NCBI GenBank assembly: GCA_030141605.1
Contig: JAQGDQ010000234.1
Location: 283,557 to 347,556, forward strand
DNA from: Tubiluchus corallicola
Lineage: Eukaryota; Animalia; Priapulida
Length of the DNA: 64,000 nt
Reading direction: 5' to 3'
Shown here: piece after piece, positions 41,153 through 53,653 of the stretch
Layout: every line of letters starts with the position of its first letter
Position numbering within the stretch: position 1 is the first letter of the stretch
Program-made: the position numbers and the translations under genes
The notes under the pieces: generated by a model
Database searches by the model: none
The model's input: only the letters and a program-made list of their open reading frames with translations
What the model was told of the DNA's origin: nothing

Positions 41153-41315
41153 CTCGTTACGAATGATCACCATCAGACATTTTAGCAATCTGACGCTAAC
41201 GTTATTTTTATCTCCTACATGTAGGATTGTTTCGAATAGTAACCTCGTTACGAATGATCACTATCAGACCTTTTTTAGCAATCTGATGCTAACGTTATTG
41301 TTATCTCCTACATGC
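41153..41315. repeat. ~90-bp tandem repeat whose first unit starts at ~40390 and is split by the LINE
   Basis: taggattgtttcgaatagtaacctcgttacgaat at ~40390 and ~41222; atcagac..tttagcaatctga.gctaacgttatt.t.atctcctacatg twice. Confidence 0.85.
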
Positions 41316-42516
41316 ACTATAAAATATCAACAAATATGATGCACATGCATCAATAGAGAAGATTATTACAATTTGGAGACAGGGTGGTAAAACCCCATAG
41401 GTTACTTAACCAGCCACCCTTCTTATCCAATATTAATAGAGTCTCTAGCGGGAAAGTTAAGTGCATTTTAAAAGGAAATCTAAATTTAAGGTTATTTTGG
41501 TGAATACTATAGTAATAATAAATATTTCGAGAAACACATTACCCCAAAAAACAAACTACAATACAGCACACAAGACATTGACATATAAACGAAAAAAATT
41601 TACGCACGAAATCAGTGCTGCCAAACTAAATAAGCAAACTGAAAACTGAATACCCATACAATGAGCAACCAAAGTGATAATTAGTAATGAAGCAAAATAA
41701 TTTATGTGTAGCAAAACAAATAAACAAACAAACGAAAAAAAACAAGATGAACAGTAGTAACAGATGCCATAAGCTCGCAGTCAAATTAGAATAACAATTT
41801 TGATCATTTTTGTTATTTTCATGCAGAAGAGATGAAAATCCTCGGAAAAGCACCACACTGAGTCTTCCCAAATATTCACAATTAAGATACAGCATGGTTT
41901 ACCATGAAATGTAGTAAAAAGATTTAAATTTTAGTTTACCCTGTCTGCTTAGTTTAGACGGCCTAGTAAAGATTAAAATCTGCTTACTGTGACAGAATTA
42001 GCGAACGTGTATACGTATTCAAAGCCAGAAAGGCTGTGTAAACAAATTACTTGTTTGGACACCAGCTAGAATACCTATGAAAAACTGAGCATTTAATTCA
42101 GATTGTATGAATCCATATAGCCTTGATAAATATTTTCGGTATGTAGCATAACTACTGATATTCGCAAATTGCAAATTTCATGTCGTCGTTCGTCGCGCTG
42201 TCCTACCGTTGTTGTATATATGGTTTTCGTCATGGTGACTAAACAAATTTATAAATTTTAAGTCTCGATCAAGACCATTAATTCCCTTTATACGATATTG
42301 GCCACTGTATACATAATGCCAGAAAATATATTTTGGAGTGAAATCATGACTGCAAGTTCTTTAGACAAGGTCATTTCGGAGATTTTCGCAAACAATTTCG
42401 AAATGCATAGTTCAGGCGAGTTTTGACGAAATTTTGTGAAATGTAGCTATTAATTCTAAAACTGTTAATTTAGTGAAAAACACACTTTCATTGGTGAAAG
42501 TGATGACGATCGCTTA

Positions 42517-45500
42517 AGGCCTATTTACACGGTGCATTTTTGAGGCAAAGGCAGACGCATCCGTCAAAAAACCACCGTGTAAAGTGTACACGCGACGCGA
42601 TTCTATAGCTCATGCATTAGACGCATGCACAAGACGGATGTCCTAACTTTTGCGACATCTCAAGAATTGAAAACAGCAAAAAAAAAATTCTGACTAGAAA
42701 TACTATATTAAGGTGTTGGAGTTTGCCGCACGGTAGCTAAAAAGGGGACTTTGTTAAGCCACCATGAAATGTGAAATAAGGATTGAAGAAGGTAGATGAT
42801 GAGAAAAGAAGAGAATAAAGAAGAGCTGTGTTGCAGTTAGTAGAAAGAAAACAGAAGGAAAGAGGAAGTCAAAAGAAAACATAAAATATGAAAACAATGA
42901 CCATGTTCACATTAGCTGCAACTGATTTTTGACAAGAAACCGGCAGATGGATGCTAAACAACCGGTGCGAATCGCCAACTAAGTAGATTATTAATTATTA
43001 GACATAAGACAAAAACATGTGACGTTTCAAAGAATTTTTAAAAATCTTTATAGATTTGCTGCTTTTTATGTAGGATTATTGTTCCATTGTAAGCGGGCTG
43101 TGTTTTTAAGAAAGTCTACCGAGATTTGTTCTACAATAGGGTATAAGATATTCATTGAAACGTATGTTATATTGTGTTTGGCTATGCAATACTGGATTAA
43201 TGAAAGTAGTTGGAAACAAACCGAAATGTGGTTTGTACATAGACGTAGAGAGGTTAAATAAAATTAAATCTTCTAAAATTAAAATATTACTGTTTCGAAA
43301 TAATGATTTATGTACTGTTGTATATTTTGAGAGACCATTCATAATACGGAGAAATTTTCTTTGATGTCTATTTAAGATAACCAGGTTTGTAGGATAAGTT
43401 CTGCCCCAAAACACACAACAGTAAGTTGTTAAGTAAGGCAAAATTAATCTATTATATCAAGATAATAAATGAAATTTACATAGTTTGTTTTTGATAAATG
43501 AAATTATTCCAATGTTTTTGGCAATTTTTTGACTTATGATGTTTATATGAGACTTCAAGTCTACATTTTCGTGCAGGACTATTCCCAAAAATTTGAAAGT
43601 ATTTACACACTCAATGAAAGATCCATCAATATATATACTTATATCATTTGGAAGTTTTTTGTTTTTGTTATGAAAAATCATGCATTTTGTTTTGTTGGGG
43701 TTAAGAGATAAGTCGCTCGTTATATCTGAACCAATCTCCAATTACAGGTAGCATCTCATTTATCTGTTCTATTGAATAAGAAGAGATATTAAAAAATAAA
43801 GTTGTATCATCAGCAAACTGAAACAGGTTCGAATTAGGTAATAAATTACTTAGATCATTTATGTAAAGCAAAAATAACTGACTTCCCAACATGGAACCCT
43901 GGGAAACGCCACATTTTATGGTTTGTACACCCGACAAACAGTTATTATTTCTTACTTGTTGAGTACGACTGGTTAAGTAACTGACAAACCAAGTGCTGGC
44001 TATGCCTCGGATCCCATAATGAGTTAATTTGTGAAGAAGAATTGAGTGGTCTATAGTATCGAATGCTTTCGATAGGTCACGGAAAATGCCTGCTGCTATA
44101 GCGTTGTTTTCAATAGTGGTTACAATCTGACATCTGTTCACAAATTTTAATTATTGCTAATTCTGTTCAATATCCTTTACGAAGTCCAAACTGAGTGTTG
44201 CTAAGAGTATTGTGTTTAATTAAATATTTAAGAAGTTGATTGTGTACAGCTCTTTCTAATACTTTGGAAAAAAAGGGTAACAGAGAAACGGGTCGATAAT
44301 TGTCTAATTTAGTGTCATCACCATTTTTGAAAAGGGGAATGATAACAGCTTGCTTTAGTTTACTAGGGACTTGTCCGCTACTACGTGTTGTATTTATTAT
44401 ATGACTAATAGGTGTGGCAATGGATGGCATGATATCGTTAATAACCTTGGAAAAAAAATTGTCTATCCCTGGACTTTTATTTGAGCTTAACGTTTTGCAG
44501 ATATTTATTACCTCAGCAGGGCTGGCTGACTGGTTCAAAAAAGGAATTAGGATAATTTCCCATTAAGTGTTCTGAATAATGCCTTTATGAGTTTCCTATT
44601 TTATTTGCAAGAGATGATCCAATACTTGCAAAATATTCATTGATCTGCTTTTACACTATTATTGGTCAGTATTTTATCATTGACATTGAGTTTTATATTA
44701 ATTGATTTTTTACCTTTGTTCATTATTTCTTTTATTATTTGTCGAGGTTTTCTTTATTCTTTATTATTTTTTCTTTATTATTTTTATAATTTACCAATTT
44801 ATAGTAATTAGTTTTAGCAAGTTTAATAAGATTGTTCACTTTATTTCGATATTGTTTGTATTGATTAGAGAAAGTAAGATTACTTTTCAGTGTTAGCTTA
44901 TACATTTTGTTTTTGTGTTTAATAGACTGCAATAAACCAGGTGTGATCCAGGGGTTCTTTGGTCTGTTTGGGTTAACTGTTAATCCTTTTTCCCTGATAT
45001 GAGTTGCATAAATATTCGGAAATTTGTCATAGAACCTATTTGTTGCCTCGTCGGTATTTGTCTTATCATGAACTTCATCCCATGTAGTACTTGATAAGTC
45101 TTGAATTAAAGATGTTTTAATTTCCTGATTGTGTGTAAATCTTCTATAAGAAGATTGCTGTGTCGATAAAGGCAATAATAAGTCACTTATAAGAAATACA
45201 GGGTGGTGATCGGTGATATCAGTCAGTAAATTACTTGATTTGTAATCATGCTGCATAATATTCGTTAAAATATTGTCTATGACTGTAGCTGAGACATTTG
45301 TAGTTCGTGTTGGGCGTGTTATTACCGGAAATGCAAAATTTCAAAAAATAATATCAAGAAAATGTTTAGTGTCAGTACGAGTCTGAAAGTTAAAGAAGCC
45401 TAGATTAAAATCGCCGGTTACAAATACATGTTTTAAGTGTCTGATAATTTTAGTTAAAATATCGGAAACTTTATCGTTAAACAATAATGGGCTTTCGCCC

Positions 45501-46099
45501 GGTGGACGATAGACCGAACCGACTATAATGTTTTTATTTTTGCACAATATTTCCACAAATATTGTTTCAATATTCTCATCAGACATCGTTAAATCTTGAC
45601 GCTGGATGAATGATAAATCATTACGTATAAACAGTGTCACACCACCAGTGGAAATATTTTTAAGGCCAATTGTGTCACCAACTCCAATAAAATCAAATGT
45701 GGTCACTTAATTTTTTACTCTCTCAAGAAGTTCTTGAAAGGTTTTGTTATCCATCCGAACAAAATTCCTGTAAGCTTTCGGTGTTTTCACTTCCAATTCT
45801 TCTGCAGCGCGTTAGATGTACGAAATTAGTCTCTCCTGGCTATCCAGTTTCTCACACAAATTCGTCTGTTTTTTCTCCAGAAAATATACTTTTTCTTAAT
45901 TCCCGCCGCTAGGACAGATACTATGGTAGTTTTCTTGAGATGAATGTTTGTGTGTCGACCCTAGCGTAGCAGCCTGCTCTAAAATGAGTCACCACGTCCA
46001 TGACGCACAAGCAAGACGCATCACCCTTGCGTCCAAAGACGCATGCGACAAACACACGCATCTGACTGATGCGTTAAAAACGCACCGTGTAATAGGCCT
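42517..46099. mobile_element. PIF/Harbinger-like non-autonomous element carrying a nested LINE
   Basis: TIR aggcctatt(t)acacggtgc.tttt at both ends, TTA TSD, gacgca subterminal repeats near both ends. Confidence 0.8.
42700..45910 (-). mobile_element. CR1/L2-group LINE, near-complete but disrupted ORF2 (APE endonuclease + RT)
   Basis: GGVTLFI, IVGSVYRPP, TGDFN, IDNI, TDH; KSPGID, NYRPVSLLP, QFG.RKG, DLSKAFD, GV.QGS.LG, FADD, FKFLGI, split over at least six ORFs by frameshifts and stops. Confidence 0.92.
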
Positions 46100-49000
46100 T
46101 TACATTTTTATAGTTGTTCGGCTATGCAGTTTGGCAAACCGGTATTCAGCACTCAACTTACGACTTATTTTAGCATTACAGTTTATTTGTTAATGTTAAG
46201 GGCCGAGTCTTGCTAATAGTAAAACATAAGAGTGCTTTTTAAGATATATCTATCTCCTCAATAGTGGTAAATAGCTGGAGAAAGTACGGGGGATGAAAAT
46301 CATGAAACCGCGCAGAAATGACTTTCTGACAGTAACCCAACCAAGCTAAGCACACACTGTGAACTCTTGGCTATTCTCCTTACCTTGAATGTGATGAGTG
46401 GTAGGTGAAATACCTCAACTAAGCATTTGGGTTAACGTTATAACTGGTTATGATCAAAGTTACTGAGCGGTACAAAGGGTCCAAAACCAAAAAATATGCA
46501 TACTTCTCTAATTTCGCGGCGAAATAAACGCCTATTTTACACATTTTTTTTTCAATTTCTCATTGCAGTAGCAACAACATTACCAGCGAGACCAAAATTA
46601 AAATCATATACTATTAAAAACGCACATAACAAAAGATGCTTTAACATCATGTTTATGCATCCGCAAAACTCCGTAATAAACAGCCTGCAAAATCCAATGG
46701 TTATAGACTGTTCAAATGTTTCTTGAATCCTTTCTTTGAATAATCATATCAAAGCATTAATTCATTTGGTCATACGTATAATTTATTCATGGTGAAACTT
46801 TGAGGACAATATGCACAAATTGCACACAGGCCCTTTTATTTTTAGACCATAATTATGTGTATCCGTAAAAAATCTACAAGAACATATGCCTACATGTCAC
46901 ATTTTTTTACAATAGGGCTACGAAAAGCGTAAGCAGTATAGCTACAGGATTACAAAGTACAAAACTCTACAGACAGATATAACTTTTTCTGAAGCCTACT
47001 CTTGCTGAATGTTCATTGTTTTTTTCCACTTTGCTGTAAGCCAAGGGTTTGAAAATTATTTATGGGAGATACTAAAACCATACTAATTTATAACCCTACC
47101 GATTTTTAATACCTAGGTAGGATGGTACAAAGCAATACCACCGTCTTGGAACCTTGACCCTTTGAAAACCCGATTTTCCTAGAATAGCTACTTTGTATAA
47201 ATATTAACACGCGGAGTGCATGTGGATAAACATAGTTAAATTTATAATTGGAATTTAGGCCTAGTACATAGCAACTTGCAACTTATACGGCAATACTTTT
47301 ATTTCAAAAATGAGTCAAACATCTGACATTTACCATCCCATAGTGAAAACCTTACAAGACTCGCAGGGGTTTTGCAAATCTCCATGGCATTGTGCGAATT
47401 TCGTTTGGTTTTCCAAAAAAGCTGGCGATTCACGGACGTTTTACAAAAAGAGGTACAGCTATCATAGCCTAGAACATTGTACAGACAATTATAATTATTT
47501 ATCGCCTGTTTTCAGTTCAATGGAGAATACAATATCTACGATAAGAGACTTGACGAAACCATCTCATAATGAATGACTCAGACACTGAATTTATAATTTT
47601 TGGAAAGAAGATCCAATCAGACAAAAGTTTGAAAACGTCTGTTGATGTTGGCAGCGATCTTGTGTATGCAAGTGATTCAACAACATACGTATGAGTAGGC
47701 CAATTAAATTTTAAAAACGGTGTTAAATTTAAATGTGAAAAGCAGCAAATGATCTTCATCGTATTATCAAACTTAAAAAGCTCTCATCTAATGATTTTAT
47801 GAAATGTTTAATGTCTGGACTGTATTAGTGTTATCTGATTTCATTGTGCTAATCGGTTGCTCACCTGGCTAGCTGACTGCAACTATGCAACCTGTGCAGC
47901 GCCTTCAGAACTTGGCAGCAAAGTTACTGTTGGTGCAGAAAAGTATGATATATGTATTGCTACTGCTTCAATGTTTCATTTGCATTGGTTACTGATCAGA
48001 ATCAGATGTATGATACAAATGCAAACTTTGCAAGGGTTTTCTCCTGCTCACTTGTTGGATAGATTACATAAACGCAACTTTTGTGGGACACTCGGGCAAG
48101 CAGAATTTCCCGTAACGAACTTTTAGTATCTTTTAATAGGAAAAGACTTTGGCGACTAAGAATTTTCTTCTAACGCACTAAAATACTGGATTTTTCTGCT
48201 TCAAAATCTTAAAACTGTTTCTATTGTGCAACTATTTAAAAAACATTTGAAGACACATCTCGTCAAATTAAAAAGCATTGTGACCAATTAAATCTGCAGT
48301 AAACTTCAATAGCAAACTATTTTTTACTATAAATTTTCTCCTTTGTACTTTTTGTGCGTAATTTGTAATAATTTTAATTGTCTAAAATTTACTTGCGTAA
48401 TTGCAATTATGACATTTTACTGTACAGCGCCATTGAAAGTATTCTTGCTTGACGGTACACTTTATAAAATGAATATTATTATTTATTGTTCCACATTCTG
48501 CCTACGGGATCAGAGCCGTAAATAGAATAGTGTTGTTCTTGAAATGTTCACGGAATTAAGGGAATGAAATCACTGAAATGAAAAAGTAACAAAAATGTTA
48601 AATATGCATAAAGACTGACCTATTTGAATTACAAAGTGAAAAACGCGATACATTGGCTTCATTTACGATTTTGATATATTTTGAGTTTGGTTTCCAAAAC
48701 TGCAAGGGTAAGGTGCACAGAGATTTCGCCATTTCCTTCTAAAATTATATTGGGGAACCCACAGAGCGCGGTGTTCTCTGCTTTCGAAAGACAAATATCA
48801 GATTACCACTGATTATAAACTGTAATAGAGATACTATTAAAAAGTGCCATTATACTTCTACATGAATCGAAGTCTTTGTACATCACGACTATTCTAATTA
48901 CAACTTTAATTGGACAGCCATTCTTCAGTCAGAAGAACTCGAACATGCTCGAGTCGAGTGTCAGTTATTCAGCTCAACCTAATCCTATTATACCGTATTA

Positions 49001-50312
49001 CCTTGTGTTTTTGCAGTAGATCGTTAAACTTCCTGCTTCTGGAATTTTGTGTTGTTCAAAGCAGATTTATATCTGTACAAAGAAATGTCGAGCAAACTAC
49101 TTAGCTGAGCAAAAAATTACGAACTTACAGTAGAAACTGACTTAGAGCTGCAAGCTTTCTCCACTAAACTAAAAAGCAGTGGAACTAAGTTTGTAAGCTT
49201 TTTAGGTCGAGACTGACACGCATGTTGTTTTTCACAGCTGAGTAATAAACCTATTAAACGCTTCTACGGCAAAATTAGAATAGAAATTTCTGTATACGTA
49301 TGCTCAAATTAATCTTTTGTGTTTGATCAGTTTTATTTAAAGGTTTTTCTAACTTGAACAATAACAATAATAACATACCGACCGCAAACAGTCATTGTCA
49401 ATAAATGTTGAAGATTTCATATTATACAAATTATTGCAAGGAAGACTACCAATTTAGATATTACCAGGTGTCTTAGGCCTATATCTATTCGAAAAAATAG
49501 CATAAAATAGTAATTATGACAAGAAATAAACATTACATTCAACAATTACACTGAAAACTGACAGACTACAAATTATGGGCACTACAATACAGCTATACTG
49601 ATATTAAAAAGCGTTACAGCATTTTTGCTACTTTAAGTTGTATATCCACAAGACAGAAAAATGAGCTGCAGTTACTGTTACCCTGCACAAATATGTCAAC
49701 AATAAAGCCTACACAAATCTGACTGCATACTCCCAGCAAACAAATATCAGTAATGATAAAAATAACCCACCAAATTTTGTAAACGTTACTGATTTCACGT
49801 TTTTGCAACATAAAAACACATAATCCATACAACAAAGGCGCTATACCCAGTACGAGTTATTTTCTCTGCAGGCTAATATTTTCCTTTTGCACTAAAACAG
49901 CTACTTTTAACTGAACTAACAAAGATAGATTTTGGCCTTAGAAACAAACTAAAAGCACTAAAAACATTTAGTAACTTTACGGCTGTACAATAATTGACAA
50001 ATGAAGCACCAAACTATATAAAGAACAAGATTTCACTACATATGTACATCAAAGAAAAAAGTATGCGCATGACTATTTACAGCAATTAAAATTAGTACAT
50101 TGCAATGTCACTGCATAGTAACTCTATGCACCAAAGATTAGATCACAGTTAATTTTAATTAGATTATCTGCCTCATAATTAATCAGTAAACACATCCAAC
50201 TACATTTGGATGGTTAATTATAAAAATAGGGTTGAAAATTACAAAACACAACAATTGATTTCTAAATTGAAGTGACTTGATAGTATGAAAGTTTTTAACA
50301 TGAAGACACTTG

Positions 50313-51842
50313 TTATACAGATGGTAAGCGACGAGTAAATTGCTGGAAAAATACTCCCACCAAGGAATCAGTACTCGTAAAGGGCTCATTTCCACCCTCG
50401 TTTGGGTCACTACTCACCTGACTGATCTCGCTAGTTATTGACTTGGTGTCTTCTTTACTAGAGTACCTTTCGACATAGTCAGAAACGTCAGCTGTAGATT
50501 GTCCATCATCCATTTGCTCCATAACGGCACCTGAATTTTCTGGTCGCGGATCTTCCGAATATCCACTCTCATCGCTAATAGCATCTTCATTTTCGTTATA
50601 CAAGTCGTTGGGAATATTAGAATCTCCGAACAAAGAACAAGTTTTTACACCACTGTCCGTTTTCAAGGAGCGCAAATCATTGCCAAACTCGGTGTGCAGT
50701 TTCTCGAAGAAATCGTCATCGTCAGACGGATTTCCCTCATCATCAGAGTCACGCTCACTTCCACTGATTATATTATCGTGTTCATTCACAGCATTCTCAA
50801 ATTTCTGAATACTACCAGTTTTCGAAATCAACGAATCATCCATGCTAATTGACTTTTCAATGAAGTGGGGCACAATTGCAGAAACATCTGCACTATTTAA
50901 GCTATACTGACGTATTAAGTGCTTCCGTCTTGGAGGTGGAATAGGTCGATCACTTAAGTCGGGTGGATGTTCTAGCTCTTCATCTTCTTCCGTAATTGTA
51001 GAAGATAGTATCAAACCATGGTCTTCATTTTGTCCATTTGTCTCATCCAGACTTAATGATCTTAGACCACTTATTGAAACTTTCAAATCACTCAACCATT
51101 CCTGTCGTTGTAGTTCTTCTTCTACTGGAGTTTCATCTATTGATGTCAGTTTTGGTGCACTGCGAGACTTTTCCAGTGGTGGCTTAAAGTTCTTTGCAGC
51201 ACTTAGAAGTATCTTCCTTCTAGGTGGAGTTCCCATGTACATTTTAGCACCAAGCGTTAACCTGTGATTTTGACGGCGAAATTTTTCCCTCATAAATTCC
51301 TTTAGAGCAGCTGTAGTGGTGTCATGTAGTTGGATAGCTAACGCTTTAGGGACAGTGTCCTTTTTACACAATACTGCGTGACACCTAAGTTCAACTTTCA
51401 TTTTTTTACCTTCATGCCTGTAAATCCAACAGAACACTTTGGGGTACGTTGGATGAGCAATACAATACGTGATCCGATGAGCCCAGTATTCTGTTGTTCC
51501 CTGTTGCTTGGTCGTTGCTTTCATACCAGACGAGCATACCGTCACTTTCATTTTGGCACCGGCTCCTTTATTCTGAAAATTCTTCCATAATATACTCAAC
51601 GCTTTATCGGTACAGTTCTCTCCTTTTGCTAGACATGTTTGCACGTTTCCCAAGTAGCGCACTTTATACTCAGGGTTGCCTTCCGTAATGTTCAACGAGC
51701 ACTTATTTCTTCCAAACAACGAATTCACCCATGGCAAGCTTTCTTTGGGAAGATATGTCGGTATCTTCATGTCCATTCGATCTGTAAACGTTGATTTTGA
51801 TTCAAGCATGTTTGAACAATCAAGTTCCGCACACGGTTTCAT
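50313..51842 (-). CDS. FAM43: FAM43-family protein (PID/PTB-like domain, acidic disordered tail), intronless
   Basis: ITEGNPEYKVRYLGNVQT..AKGE.CTD; EYWAHRITYC.AHP.YPKVFCWIYRHEGKKMKVELRCHAVLC. First in-frame ATG at 51842 (the track's 51863 start is TTG). Confidence 0.9.
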   Translation of the reverse strand: MKPCAELDCSNMLESKSTFTDRMDMKIPTYLPKESLPWVNSLFGRNKCSLNITEGNPEYKVRYLGNVQTCLAKGENCTDKALSILWKNFQNKGAGAKMKVTVCSSGMKATTKQQGTTEYWAHRITYCIAHPTYPKVFCWIYRHEGKKMKVELRCHAVLCKKDTVPKALAIQLHDTTTAALKEFMREKFRRQNHRLTLGAKMYMGTPPRRKILLSAAKNFKPPLEKSRSAPKLTSIDETPVEEELQRQEWLSDLKVSISGLRSLSLDETNGQNEDHGLILSSTITEEDEELEHPPDLSDRPIPPPRRKHLIRQYSLNSADVSAIVPHFIEKSISMDDSLISKTGSIQKFENAVNEHDNIISGSERDSDDEGNPSDDDDFFEKLHTEFGNDLRSLKTDSGVKTCSLFGDSNIPNDLYNENEDAISDESGYSEDPRPENSGAVMEQMDDGQSTADVSDYVERYSSKEDTKSITSEISQVSSDPNEGGNEPFTSTDSLVGVFFQQFTRRLPSV

Positions 51843-52029
51843 GATAAATTTTACTGAATACAATCAAAACGCACGACGCACTTTATCTGCTATCCACCAT
51901 TTTGTTCACTTGTCTCTCAAGGCAGTACATTTCACTGTGTATCTGTGCAAGTTCTTTGATTTACGATTCACTGGGTGATAAAGGTAATGCTGTGGTAGCA
52001 TATAACCGCAGGCGCTACCGAGGCTACCA

Positions 52030-52260
52030 GCGCATTTAAGCACTCAGGTGTGCAGACGATTCCATTTTTGCACCTTGTGGGTATGACGGGTAATCACATG
52101 ATGAGCACACGCGCATGCGGAAATGTCGTAACCTGCAGCGTACAAGGCAAGTTAGGCACTCAGTCTGGTATGCGTAAACATTAAACAATAAACATATTGA
52201 TGGCATTGGTACGTAAGCGCTTATCGCACTGGTTAATGGTCAAAACAATAAACACGTCAT
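52030..52260 (-). promoter_or_regulatory. Candidate FAM43 promoter
   Basis: CpG-richer segment upstream of the ORF; NRF1-like gcgcatgcg at 52111-52119; aaacaataaaca (Sox/Fox-like) twice at ~52183 and ~52243. Confidence 0.4.
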
Positions 52261-53629
52261 CAGTTTAAAGCGGAAAGTGGTGTAAGAAATAAGAGCAAGT
52301 GGACGAAGTAGCTAGGCAAAATTTCTGGTCAGATAATCCCTCCGCGCAGGTGACACATACTGTCTTTAAGTGTCTTTTCTTCTCTATATGTAAACTCGAT
52401 AATTTTGGTTATGTACCTGGATATATGTACTTAGATAAGATGTCTCTCAATCACACAAGAACTGTTTTATATTACCTATACCACTTTATACCCTATATTA
52501 TAATTTTATACCACGCACTAAAAATTTTCGGGTGAGCAAATAAAGTCGTAAGACCTGACAAAAACAGGGAATGGCGCTAACTGTAATTTACGATTCGTAA
52601 ATATGACGTTGCACCAAATTTCATATAATTTCCTACCCTGGGAACTTTGGTCACAAAACAATTAATTAAAGCCTCATCCGACTCTAGATTTCATTTTTCT
52701 CCATATTTTATTTCAACTTTTGCAGTCCTGCAATCTACTAACACGATAAAAACTTTTTTGCTATTATCTAAATGCCTAAAGTAAATTTAATGTGTATTCA
52801 TGAAATAAGATTTGGCTTACTTTCCATTGCTGTTTGGCACTCTGATGTACAACGAAGACAGAACGGACTTGCATACCAATGCACGTTATAATTCTTGGAA
52901 TTGGAGACGGGTTAAACTGTCCTTAATCTCTTCCCAAAGGCAAAATATGAAATGAATACATGTACTATTATAATGTGAAATCGGAGATCGCAGTGGTATT
53001 CTGAAATAAAATTCTGGAGGAAATACAGAACTTTCAAGGAAGATTCAATTATCGCTAATTTAGGCCAATGTTTGCCAATAACGGCGTGTTATCCAAAAAA
53101 AATTAATAACTAAAATTAAAGAATTTGTTCGTTAATAAAGAATTATTTCAGAAAATAAGTTAGTCTAATGACCTTAACCTGTGATGGGAAAACTTAATGA
53201 AAAGATCTATGGAAGTTGGCTCAATATAGAAAACATAATAACTACACTGTATATGACTGATAACCAAGAGAATCACCACTTCTCTTAAAACGTTATGTGC
53301 AGGATTCTGGTGTCGCCACCTACTACCGATTATGCAAAAGTATTATACAAATACAGGTGCGGGCGTACTTTACATACAAGTTAAATAAATTACATAAATG
53401 TTAAAAACGAACTCAGTCGATTTTATGGAAACCTATTTTATTCAAATTAATTATTAAGGCAATCATACACATGTGAATATACAATGGGATGATTCTGTCA
53501 CTTCAAAATAGTAAAATTTTAAGAAGGAATTAAAACAACAAAATTTGAATAAATTACGTAACGAAAAGCACATTCAACAAATAAATTATATACATTCTTA
53601 GGACACTATTAGTGCAATGACACGCACAA

Positions 53630-53653
53630 TAATAATAATAATAATAATAATAA
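53630..53653. repeat. (TAA)n microsatellite
   Basis: aataataataat... Confidence 0.85.

Noticed and set aside
43106-45706. RT/endonuclease ORFs as an active or domesticated RT system
   Set aside because: One LINE ORF2 broken by many frameshifts and stops
50608-51978. Plus-strand ORFs overlapping FAM43
   Set aside because: Antisense shadow ORFs of a real coding sequence
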